A DNA stretch of 64,000 bases from an uncultured Spirochaetia bacterium (GTDB lineage: Bacteria > Oederibacteriota > PGYV01 > Palsa-1178): positions 4,910 to 68,909 of the forward strand of contig CAZMGF010000008.1 of NCBI GenBank assembly GCA_964565765.1, in the 5' to 3' direction. Within the stretch, counting starts at the first letter, position 1, and every line of letters starts with the position of its first letter. Positions 54,850 to 63,380 of this stretch are shown here, piece after piece. The position numbers were made by a program, and so were the translations under genes. A model generated the notes under the pieces. That model ran no database searches and was not told the DNA's origin. It saw nothing but the letters and a program-made list of their open reading frames with translations.

Positions 54850-56175
54850 ATGAGGGATATATTAATTGTCGAGGATAATGACGGCTTGAGGGAGGTTCTT
54901 AAAGAGGCCCTTTCAACCCCGGAAAACACCGCAGAGACGTCTGAAACAGCCGAAGAAGCACTTGAAAAGATAAAGCAACAGACATTTGATATGGTGATAA
55001 CCGACCTGAAACTTCCCGAAGCGGACGGAATGTCAGTGCTTGAAGCCGTAAAAAAGATTTCGCCTGAAACGGAAGTGATAGTAATCACAGCGCACGGGAC
55101 CGTTGACAGGGCCGTTGAGGCCATGAAAAAAGGGGCGGCGGATTTTATCACAAAACCCTTTTCAATAGAGCAGATAAGGATGCAGGTGGCAAGGATACTC
55201 GGCGCCAGAAATCTGAAGGAAGAGAACATTTATTTAAAATCAGTAATGGAGCGCAGGATAATAGGTTCCGGCGGCAGATTAAAAAGCGTTATGGAAACCG
55301 CTTCAAGGGCCGCCGACAAGGACGCCACCGTGCTTATCACCGGGGAATCAGGAACCGGAAAAGAACTTATAGCGGAAGAGATACACAGGCGGTCAAAGAG
55401 AAATAATTTTCAGATGGTAAAAGTTAACTGCGCGGCGCTATCCCCCGGGCTGCTTGAATCGGAACTTTTCGGCCATGAAAAAGGTGCGTTTACGGATGCT
55501 TATACACAAAAAAAGGGGCGCTTTGAACTTGCCGACAGGGGGACAATATTCCTTGATGAAATAGCGGAATTGCCGCAGCCGCTGCAGGTAAAAATACTCC
55601 GCGTTATACAGGAACGTGAGTTTGAGCGCGTTGGCGGCGAAAAGACCATAAAAACGGACGTACGTATAATAGCCGCCACCAACAGGGACCTGAAAGCCAT
55701 GGTAAAGGAAGGGGCTTTCAGGCAGGAGCTTTACTACAGGCTGAATGTGGTGGAAATAAATATGCCCCCGCTGCGCGAGAGGAAGGAAGATATACCGGAG
55801 CTTGTGGAATATTTCATAAAAAAATACGCGGAATACGACAATTACAGGGTGAAAGGCATAACCAAAGAGGCGCAGGACGCGCTTTTGTTCTACGATTATC
55901 CAGGCAACATAAGGGAACTTGAAAACATAATACAGCGTGTGCTTGTATTGTGCGGCGGCGATATGATAAACGACGGGGACATTCCTTATGAGCTTAAAGC
56001 CGGAAAACCCGCTGAATCCGGAAAAGACGGGCTGGAGGCGAAAGTCGCTTCATTTGAAAAAAATATGATCCAGAAAGCCCTGGATGAAACGAAAGGCAAC
56101 AAGGCAAAGGCCGCCGAACTGCTCAGTGTGAACAGGGTCACCCTGCTGGCAAAAATAAAAAAATACGGGCTTTAA
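54850..56175 (+). CDS. sigma-54-dependent response regulator (NtrC family bEBP: receiver, AAA+ domain, Fis-type HTH)
   Basis: Receiver ...FDMVITDLKLPEADG. Walker A VLITGESGTGKE. GAFTDA loop (variant of GAFTGA). C-terminal HTH KAKAAELLSVNRVTLLAKIKKYGL. Confidence 0.9.
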   Translation: MRDILIVEDNDGLREVLKEALSTPENTAETSETAEEALEKIKQQTFDMVITDLKLPEADGMSVLEAVKKISPETEVIVITAHGTVDRAVEAMKKGAADFITKPFSIEQIRMQVARILGARNLKEENIYLKSVMERRIIGSGGRLKSVMETASRAADKDATVLITGESGTGKELIAEEIHRRSKRNNFQMVKVNCAALSPGLLESELFGHEKGAFTDAYTQKKGRFELADRGTIFLDEIAELPQPLQVKILRVIQEREFERVGGEKTIKTDVRIIAATNRDLKAMVKEGAFRQELYYRLNVVEINMPPLRERKEDIPELVEYFIKKYAEYDNYRVKGITKEAQDALLFYDYPGNIRELENIIQRVLVLCGGDMINDGDIPYELKAGKPAESGKDGLEAKVASFEKNMIQKALDETKGNKAKAAELLSVNRVTLLAKIKKYGL

Positions 56176-56192
56176 CAATAAAGGAGAAAATA

Positions 56193-56918
56193 ATGAAAAA
56201 AATGGCACTGGTTTTATCCGCATCGCTTATCACTCTTTTTCCCGCGCTTTATGCCGGGGAAAATCCCGGATTTGAGGCAAAAGCCAGGGAGTATTCCGCA
56301 CAGCTGGAAAAAAAGCAGTCGGAGTATCTGAGGGTAAAATCCCGTTATGAGCAGATGTTGAGGCGTTTAAATGAACTCAAGGAGCGAACCAAGAAAAATC
56401 CTGTGGCCTCTTTTATTAATTCCATGAAGATGGACTATTACCTTAAAGCGGGTAACAGCGCGGGGTATAAAATTTACGTGCTCAACAGGCAGATCAAGGA
56501 ACTTTCGGGTGAGTGCTTTACTTATGATTCCCTTGTTGCCGGTGACCTTACGAAAAAATTCCAGGATTGTATTGAAAATAAATGCGGGGAGGCGCAGCGG
56601 ATATATGACGAAAGGGAAAAGTGGACCGCCATGGCGCTCGGGACCGGAGAGGCCCTTGTATTTGATATTGATGTAAAGGGCATGCTTGAAGGGATGAGTC
56701 CGGAGGCAAAAGAGGACCTAAGGCAATACCTGAAAAAGAAAATGGTGCAGATAGAAGAAAGAATATATATGCTCAGGGAAGAAAAAGAGATAAATACCGC
56801 CGCCGGGAAAAACGGCATAAAAACAGCATCCGAAACGGTTAAAAAATCAGGGGAAGAAATGGCAAAGTTTTTGAGGATGGAAAAAGAGGCGAAAAACATA
56901 CTGGCTTCTATTAAATAA
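56193..56918 (+). CDS. secreted hypothetical protein (signal peptide, coiled-coil-rich), co-transcribed with the HK/RR pair
   Basis: MKKMALVLSASLITLFPALYAG signal peptide. Starts 17 nt after the RR stop. Confidence 0.55.
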   Translation: MKKMALVLSASLITLFPALYAGENPGFEAKAREYSAQLEKKQSEYLRVKSRYEQMLRRLNELKERTKKNPVASFINSMKMDYYLKAGNSAGYKIYVLNRQIKELSGECFTYDSLVAGDLTKKFQDCIENKCGEAQRIYDEREKWTAMALGTGEALVFDIDVKGMLEGMSPEAKEDLRQYLKKKMVQIEERIYMLREEKEINTAAGKNGIKTASETVKKSGEEMAKFLRMEKEAKNILASIK

Positions 56919-56920
56919 GG

Positions 56921-56955
56921 ACAGCCCTGCCAGCATCGCAGGGCTGTCGTAATTC
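56921..56955 (+). terminator. stem-loop ACAGCCCTGC-N7-GCAGGGCTGT: operon terminator and/or bEBP upstream activating sequence
   Basis: Perfect 10-bp inverted repeat 2 nt after the stop of 56193..56918. The 3' flank is only weakly U-rich. It lies ~105 bp upstream of the sigma-54 -24 element. Confidence 0.5.
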
Positions 56956-57038
56956 ATTCACCGCTGTACGTTTTTATACTATAAAATCCCGGATTGTAAA
57001 ACCACCCCGTTATTAGCCATATTTATATGGGCATATGC

Positions 57039-57054
57039 TGGCACGGCTATTGCT
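57039..57054 (+). promoter_or_regulatory. sigma-54 (RpoN) -24/-12 promoter
   Basis: TGGCACGGCTATTGCT matches YTGGCACGrNNNTTGCW exactly, including GG-N10-GC spacing. It sits 38 nt upstream of the ATG at 57092 (SD aaaggagaa). Confidence 0.8.
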
Positions 57055-57091
57055 TACTATAATGATGTAGAAAGCAAAAAGGAGAATTTAT

Positions 57092-57463
57092 ATGAGGCTG
57101 AAATTGATATCAATAGATGAAAAACAGCTGAAAGATTACTTGGTGCTTGTCCAGAAAATAAAGAGCATTCCGCCCGATAAAACCTCTGATATGGCCGGAA
57201 AAATATCAAGAATAAGGGGAAGGGCCGGAAAGAACGCCATTTACCGCAGTCTTATAGAATCCAATTTAAAGAATGTGGTTCATGTGGCCTCGAAATACAG
57301 GGGGGCCGGAGTGACATTTGCCGCTCTTATTGCCGCCGGCAACAGGGCATTGATAGCGGGCATAAAGGGATTTGAACCTGAAAAAGGCGAAAATTTTAGC
57401 GAAGCCATAAACTGGCAGATCGAAGGCGCGGTAATGGACTGTGTTGTTGAGGCTAAAAAATAG
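57092..57463 (+). CDS. 123-aa protein homologous to sigma-70 regions 1.2-2.2 only (truncated sigma / putative sigma mimic)
   Basis: LIESNLKNVVHVASKYRGAGVTFAALIAAGNRALIAGIKGFEPEKGENFSEAINWQIEGAV aligns with sigma-70 [61 protein letters not shown]. The upstream IPPDKTSDMAGKI resembles region 1.2 (LTREGEIDIAKRI). The protein stops after region 2.2, with no regions 2.3/2.4/3/4. Confidence 0.6.
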   Translation: MRLKLISIDEKQLKDYLVLVQKIKSIPPDKTSDMAGKISRIRGRAGKNAIYRSLIESNLKNVVHVASKYRGAGVTFAALIAAGNRALIAGIKGFEPEKGENFSEAINWQIEGAVMDCVVEAKK

Positions 57464-57506
57464 GCCGGCCGCATGGCCGGCATTTGAAAAACAGGAGATG
57501 GTAAAA

Positions 57507-59252
57507 ATGAAAAAAAGAATTATTTCGGCGCTCATACTGATGCTGGCAGTGGCGGCTTTTAGTTATTCTGCAACAGGAACAGCGGTTATAAGCCCTGCTT
57601 ATCTCGCGCCGTCAGCATACCGTCCTACTATCACCATAACTTATAAAACCGCCGGCGTTACAATGGTTGCGGGCGCGGTGGAGTTGCAGATAAATTCAGC
57701 CTTTCCGCTTCCAACCACAGTAACCACAAGCGCCGGCGCTATAACAGCGGTCATAATGATTAACGGAACCACCCCCACTGACGTGCCGCAGTCTGATATA
57801 ACCATTAACGGATATACCGTTACGATAAATTCATTAAACATACAGCCGGTTGATTCACTGATTATAACCTACACCGGGGCAGGAACAGGCGAATTTGTCG
57901 GGCCGGCGGCAACCGGCGCGTATCCTTTTAATGTATCCGAGGAAATTTCATCAACCGACCTTAATTTTACAGGCCTTGGTTCCCAGCCGGTTATTTATGT
58001 CACAAATATGGTAATTACCAAAACAACAGAAAGCAGCCTTATAGAGGCGGGCAATACAGTTACATATGTAATTTCGTATCAAAGCAATGAAGCGAATATG
58101 AATTCTGTTTCAATAACGGACTCAATGCCTCAGGGGCTTTTGATACAAAGCGCGCAGCCGTCTTCGAGCAGTTATAGCGGCAATATATATACATGGAACA
58201 TTGGAAGCGTTGCTACAGCAGGCAGTTTGTCAAGCATCACAATAACGGCTGTGGCGCAAGCCGGGATTGCGGCATACGGCTTTACCTCGACCAATTACGC
58301 CACTATTTCAGCCAACAGCAGCATAACAGGATCAAATGGAATGGCTGTTTCAAGCACAGTAAACGTCAGCGGAGCGGTTCTTACATCTTCAATTACAGCT
58401 TCACCCGATTCTGTTGTATCAGGCGGGCAGATTACTGTTGTCATGAATGTAAGCAATTCCGGAAACTATGGGGCGTCAAGCGTCGCTCCATCGACACTTT
58501 CATTATCCGGCACCACAGTGGCGACATTGCTAAGCGGACCCGTACCTTCATCTGTTTCAGGTATTGAACCCAACGCATCGGCTTCTTTTACGTGGATATA
58601 TACGGCAAATAATCCTGGAATGACAAATTTTACGGGTTACTCCAGGGGATATGACAACGGGCAAGTATTGTCTTCAGGAACCGCTGTTAGCGGCAATATT
58701 TCGGTATTAAACCCGACCCCGACATTTACATTCACCTTAACAAGCACACCCACTCCGCAGAATACAAATACTTCAACCGGAACATTTACACCTGTGCCGC
58801 CGACGGACACGCCGACCCCTCAATATACAAACACTCCCGCTGTCACAAATACACCGGCAGTTACCGATACACCGGCGGGGACCGCGACCACGGTTCCGGG
58901 CCAGACAAGTTCTCCGACAGCGGTTTCAACGGCCCCGCTTACAACGCCGACGCAGGTTCCAACAATTACTGTAAAAGCCGTAACCGACAGAAATTATATT
59001 AATCTCAGCAACGGCGACAGGGCCGCTATTATTTACAAAGTTGAAAGCGACGGCGACAGCTGGATAGATATATATAATCTCAGCGGCGAGCTTGTAAAGC
59101 ATTATGTAAGAGAGCCGCTTGCCGCCGGACAGCATACAGTTTACTGGGACGGATCAAACGATGACGGCAAAAAAGTCGGGCAGGGAATGTATTTTATAGT
59201 AATACACCAGCCGGGCGGGGTAACAACAAAGAAACTTATTGTAATAAAATAG
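57507..59252 (+). CDS. secreted DUF11-repeat surface protein with long TP linker and T9SS-type C-terminal sorting domain
   Basis: SD aggag 9 nt before ATG 57507 (signal peptide MKKRIISALILMLAVAAFS; tracked start 57441 is upstream). DUF11-like ITKTTESSLIEAGNTVTYVISYQSN. Linker TPTPQNTNTSTGTFTPVPPTDTPTPQYTNTPAVTNTPAVTDTP. CTD ...IYNLSGELVKHYVRE...VYWDGSNDDGKKVGQGMYFIVIHQ...KKLIVIK. Confidence 0.7.
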   Translation: MKKRIISALILMLAVAAFSYSATGTAVISPAYLAPSAYRPTITITYKTAGVTMVAGAVELQINSAFPLPTTVTTSAGAITAVIMINGTTPTDVPQSDITINGYTVTINSLNIQPVDSLIITYTGAGTGEFVGPAATGAYPFNVSEEISSTDLNFTGLGSQPVIYVTNMVITKTTESSLIEAGNTVTYVISYQSNEANMNSVSITDSMPQGLLIQSAQPSSSSYSGNIYTWNIGSVATAGSLSSITITAVAQAGIAAYGFTSTNYATISANSSITGSNGMAVSSTVNVSGAVLTSSITASPDSVVSGGQITVVMNVSNSGNYGASSVAPSTLSLSGTTVATLLSGPVPSSVSGIEPNASASFTWIYTANNPGMTNFTGYSRGYDNGQVLSSGTAVSGNISVLNPTPTFTFTLTSTPTPQNTNTSTGTFTPVPPTDTPTPQYTNTPAVTNTPAVTDTPAGTATTVPGQTSSPTAVSTAPLTTPTQVPTITVKAVTDRNYINLSNGDRAAIIYKVESDGDSWIDIYNLSGELVKHYVREPLAAGQHTVYWDGSNDDGKKVGQGMYFIVIHQPGGVTTKKLIVIK

Positions 59253-59606
59253 GCTGCATATTTTGGATCAGTATAAACCGGGGTTTTGCATCATGATATT
59301 AATGAATGTTTGATAATTAAATCTATTCAACATGGTCCTGGATTAACTGTTTAACTAAAATCAACATAATTCACTATTTTCCACTTTTACTTTCACGTTA
59401 AACCAATTTATTTTATGGTTAAACTATCCTGTGTAGTTATTTTGTTACCCACCCAAAAATTGCTTTATCATGTATCCATGCTATAGTCTAAATAAGGGAA
59501 AATTTTAAGCGTTTAAACAGGAGCCTATATTAATTTAAAACGTTTTCAATAAAAACGCTTTCGGGGAATTAATATTAATGTTCGAAATTTAGGCGGGAGT
59601 TTTATC

Positions 59607-62417
59607 ATGGGGAAAATATTATCGAACTTAAGTCGGGCAGCTGCCATTTTTATCTTCCTGTTTGTCGCTACGGCTGCCATAACAGCATTTACAAACCCCG
59701 GATTTGAAACCGGGACACTGGCTGGCTGGACAACAAATATATCCTACGGCGCAAATGTTGTATACGACCCGAATGTAACAATCCAGACTCACGGCGCGGC
59801 ATGGCACACACAGGGCACTATTTGCGCCGCTCCTTTAATCTGCCTTGATATGGTTCATACCGGAACCTACGCCGCAATGCTGGATTCCGGAAGGGGTGAT
59901 AATCCGGTCAGGGATTACGCACAGATACAGCAGGCAGATATAGTACCGTCGAACGGGAATTCATGCCTCTCTTTCTGGTTCGCCGCGGTTTTATCCGGCT
60001 ATCATTATCTTGACTGGCTAAATAACAACAACGGCTCGCCGAATGACGACGCTTATGTTGTGGTTGATGTGCTTATAAACGGTGCGGTAGTCGCGAGCCA
60101 GCGTTTCAATTATTTTACAATGCTTAATCAGCTTGTTGACGATGGGGCTGATCCTGCTGGAGGCCCGGAACCGGTGGTGAGCGGAGCGGGAAATTTGAAT
60201 GTATGGAAACACCTGCCATGGACGCAGTTTTATATCAATCTTGCCGCGTACGCCGGCCAGCAGGCCACTGTAAGGTTTACCGCCTATTCATGCGACCAGA
60301 GCGGCCACAGCTGCATAGGCTATCTTGATGATGTAAGCTGGTCCGCATGCCCGGTTGTAAATATGAACCTGGCAAAAACAAACAGCCCTACCGGAACGGT
60401 CCACAATGGCGGGACAATAACATACACCCTGGCCTATTCATTGACCGGGACGGCGGGTGTACTGGGTGTAAACATTTATGATACATTTCCGTCAGGCACA
60501 ACATACGTAAACAATTCGGCTGGAAGCACGCCTTTTTATCCGGTTGTAAACGTTACCGCAGCGGGCATTAACTGGAACCTTGGATACCTGGCCCCCGATT
60601 CTTCAGGGACGCTGACTTTTAAAGTAAAGGTCAACACTTCGTGCACCGGGGTAAGCAATACCGCCTCTGAAACGGATCTGGAGACGGACGGGATAATATC
60701 AAATACTGTTTATAACTGGATAGACGGCTGCACGCCGACATTTACGGTTACAAGGACATATACCCCCACCTCCACTCCTACCGCAACAAAAACAGTTACA
60801 AAAACAATAACAGCAACCTTTACACAGACATATACACCAACCGCGACGCCGACTTTTACATTTACCGACACTTACACACCGACATATACGCAGACATACA
60901 CACCAACGGCCACACCAACTTTTACATGCACCAGGACATTTACGCCTACTTTTACACAAACATTCACACCGACCGCGACCCCCACTTTTACCTATACAAA
61001 TTCCGATACTCCTACAAGGACCGTTACAGCAACAAATACGCTGACAATTTCCAAAACAATAACTCCAACCCTTACAGCAACGCCGACAGACACGCCGACT
61101 TTTACTGCAACACCCACTTACACATATACATTGACATTTACTCCGACATTTACAGGAACATTCACTTCAACATTCACATCAACTTACACGGCAACGCCGA
61201 CTTTTACCCAGACCTATACAGCGACGTATACGCTTACCGCAACCCCGACTTTTACATCCACAAAGACTTCAACTATGACCTTCACAAGAACGTCCACGCC
61301 GTCTTTTTCGCCGACCGCCACCGCAACCCCCACAAGCACAAATACCGATACGTCGACGTTTACTTTCACCAGGACATACACTTTCACATTTACTACGACT
61401 TTTACGCCTACAATAACAGACACATTTACAGCGACACCTGTAAAGACAACCACAACCGGATACCTTGTAACGGTAAAAATTTACAATGAAGCCGGAGAGG
61501 TTGTAAGGACAATAATCCAGTCGCAGACAACTTATCTGCTTACAGGAATTATTACAAGTGTAAATGGAAACACCGGAGCCAATATCTTTTCAACCGGGGA
61601 AGTTTTTACAGTGACTTTACCGGGAGCGGGGCCGGGCGGCGCGGACATGACAACGTCATGGGACGGTAAAACAGACGCCGGCCAGCCTGCGGCATCCGGC
61701 ACCTACTACCTTGCGGTGGATGAAACAGACACATACGGTCATGTGACTGATATAACAAAAACCATTACCCTGATCCAGGATTCCACCTACATTCAGCTCA
61801 ATATATTTAACAGCGCCGGCGAACTGGTGAGGAAAATTACAGATTATAATTTTATCTTCCCGCCTGATTTTTTATCCGGCACTGCCGCGCTGGGGGTAAT
61901 TATGAATGTTCCGGCCGTTATAACAACCAAGGAGGCCAATTTATCGCCGGTTCAGGTAATGTTCGGATCACAAACCGGGGACTTCATGCTGTGGGACGGC
62001 AAGAACAATAGCGGTATTTCAGTGAGCAGCGGAGTATATGAAATGCAGATTGTGGTAAAAACAGAGTCCCTGCTCGCCGTAGTGGCTTCCAAGAGCGTCA
62101 CCGTACTTGAAAACAATGATGTTTTTATAGGTGAAATAAAGGCACTGCCAAATCCATATATGGGTTCCGGCAACGGTATAGAATTCAGATGGACGTCCAA
62201 TGAAACCGGCAATATGAGCATAACCATTTTTAACATGTCAGGCGAGCTTATACGGATCCTTAACACAAAACTTGAGAACGGCTCGATGAAATGGGACACG
62301 GCAACAGCATCAGGCAATCTGGTTTCAAACGGGCTCTATATAGCGGTACTTCAGGGAATATCCGGCGGTGGAAACATAGCAAGATTAAAGGTAAAAGTCG
62401 CGATAAACAGAAGATAG
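59607..62417 (+). CDS. large secreted adhesin-like protein: N-terminal beta-sandwich/DUF11 region, ~245-aa Thr/Pro/Phe/Tyr tandem-repeat linker, three FlgD-Ig-like domains, the last a T9SS-type CTD
   Basis: Signal peptide. [28 protein letters not shown] (DUF11-like). The repeat region spans [20 protein letters not shown]...[13 protein letters not shown]. Ig domains [13 protein letters not shown]...[18 protein letters not shown]; [13 protein letters not shown]...[18 protein letters not shown]; [14 protein letters not shown]...[10 protein letters not shown]...RLKVKVAI. Confidence 0.7.
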   Translation: MGKILSNLSRAAAIFIFLFVATAAITAFTNPGFETGTLAGWTTNISYGANVVYDPNVTIQTHGAAWHTQGTICAAPLICLDMVHTGTYAAMLDSGRGDNPVRDYAQIQQADIVPSNGNSCLSFWFAAVLSGYHYLDWLNNNNGSPNDDAYVVVDVLINGAVVASQRFNYFTMLNQLVDDGADPAGGPEPVVSGAGNLNVWKHLPWTQFYINLAAYAGQQATVRFTAYSCDQSGHSCIGYLDDVSWSACPVVNMNLAKTNSPTGTVHNGGTITYTLAYSLTGTAGVLGVNIYDTFPSGTTYVNNSAGSTPFYPVVNVTAAGINWNLGYLAPDSSGTLTFKVKVNTSCTGVSNTASETDLETDGIISNTVYNWIDGCTPTFTVTRTYTPTSTPTATKTVTKTITATFTQTYTPTATPTFTFTDTYTPTYTQTYTPTATPTFTCTRTFTPTFTQTFTPTATPTFTYTNSDTPTRTVTATNTLTISKTITPTLTATPTDTPTFTATPTYTYTLTFTPTFTGTFTSTFTSTYTATPTFTQTYTATYTLTATPTFTSTKTSTMTFTRTSTPSFSPTATATPTSTNTDTSTFTFTRTYTFTFTTTFTPTITDTFTATPVKTTTTGYLVTVKIYNEAGEVVRTIIQSQTTYLLTGIITSVNGNTGANIFSTGEVFTVTLPGAGPGGADMTTSWDGKTDAGQPAASGTYYLAVDETDTYGHVTDITKTITLIQDSTYIQLNIFNSAGELVRKITDYNFIFPPDFLSGTAALGVIMNVPAVITTKEANLSPVQVMFGSQTGDFMLWDGKNNSGISVSSGVYEMQIVVKTESLLAVVASKSVTVLENNDVFIGEIKALPNPYMGSGNGIEFRWTSNETGNMSITIFNMSGELIRILNTKLENGSMKWDTATASGNLVSNGLYIAVLQGISGGGNIARLKVKVAINRR
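60730..61465 (+). repeat. intragenic low-complexity tandem repeat encoding (T-x-T-P/F/Y-T)n linker; the unit [12 protein letters not shown] recurs about 3 times nearly identically
   Basis: The DNA-level near-repeat acatatacaccaaccgcgacgccgacttttaca recurs at about 60826, 60889 and 60952. Spurious ORFs appear on both strands across this region. Confidence 0.8.
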
Positions 62418-62518
62418 ACTGCCTTGCGGTGTTATTTCTTTTTGCCTATATTAAAAGCAACCCCCTGTGTTAAAATATAAGTCAAATAAATCATATTTTT
62501 TATACTCAGGGGGAAACC

Positions 62519-63277
62519 ATGGCCATTAATAAAAGAACAGCGGTTATAACAGGCGGTGCGCAGGGAATTGGCCTGTGCCTTGTCAGGGAATTTCTTAAGG
62601 CAGGTTATTTTGTGGCGGCGGCGGACAATGACAGCGAGGCCGGCGCAGAGTTGAAAGCATCTGTAAAAGAGGCTAAAAACTTCCTTTATCTGGAGTGCGA
62701 CGTTTCTTCTGAAAAGGAAGTTGAACAATTTATAAAAAGTGCCGCGCGGAAATTTCATGGCATAGATGTGCTTATTAATAATGCCGGCATTGGCATAAAC
62801 AAGCCTGTTACGGAACTTACGTTAAAGGAGTGGAACCGCGTCATCGGCGTAAATCTTACAGGAGCTTTTTTATGCGCCAAGCACGCGGCCGGACATATTG
62901 GAAACAACAACGGCTGCATAATTAATATAGCATCAACCCGGGGCATTATGTCCGAGAAGAATACCGAGTCATATTCCGCAAGCAAGGGCGGGATAATAGC
63001 GCTTACCCATGCCCTTGCGGTAAGCCTGGGGCCGAAAGTGCGCGTCAACTGTATAAGCCCGGGATGGATAGAAGTATCCAACTGGAAGAAAAAGAGCGCC
63101 GTAAAAAATGTAATCCAATCCAGGGCCGACAGGCTCCAGCATCCCGCGGGCAGGGTGGGCACACCTTATGACATAGCGGAAGCCGCCCTTTTTCTTGCTT
63201 CAAAAAAGGCAGGGTTTATAACAGGGCAGAATTTTATAATTGACGGCGGTATGACAAAAAAAATGATATATGTATGA
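62519..63277 (+). CDS. SDR-family NAD(P)-dependent oxidoreductase
   Basis: TGGAQGIGL (TGxxxGxG), NNAG, and the catalytic S...YxxxK (YSASKGG). 252 aa. Confidence 0.9.
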   Translation: MAINKRTAVITGGAQGIGLCLVREFLKAGYFVAAADNDSEAGAELKASVKEAKNFLYLECDVSSEKEVEQFIKSAARKFHGIDVLINNAGIGINKPVTELTLKEWNRVIGVNLTGAFLCAKHAAGHIGNNNGCIINIASTRGIMSEKNTESYSASKGGIIALTHALAVSLGPKVRVNCISPGWIEVSNWKKKSAVKNVIQSRADRLQHPAGRVGTPYDIAEAALFLASKKAGFITGQNFIIDGGMTKKMIYV

Positions 63278-63380
63278 TATTATAATAACAAATTTTCAAT
63301 ACAACTTGACATTGCGCCCGGCGTGGGTGTATAAGTAAGCTGTGAAGCGTTGAATTTTTCAGGCAGTAAGGGGGATCAAA

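Noticed and set aside
57464-57490. gccggc-cgcatg-gccggc hairpin between the sigma-like ORF and the adhesin gene
   Set aside because: Short self-complementary GC hexamers with no U-tract. More likely incidental than a terminator. The adhesin is probably co-transcribed from the sigma-54 promoter.
60699-61489. ORFs 60699..60959(-), 61214..61453(-) and 60926..61489(+) inside the adhesin gene
   Set aside because: All lie within the TP tandem-repeat DNA. Their products are low-complexity (C/R-rich, V/K-rich or Y/H/D-rich) artefacts of reading the repeat in other frames.
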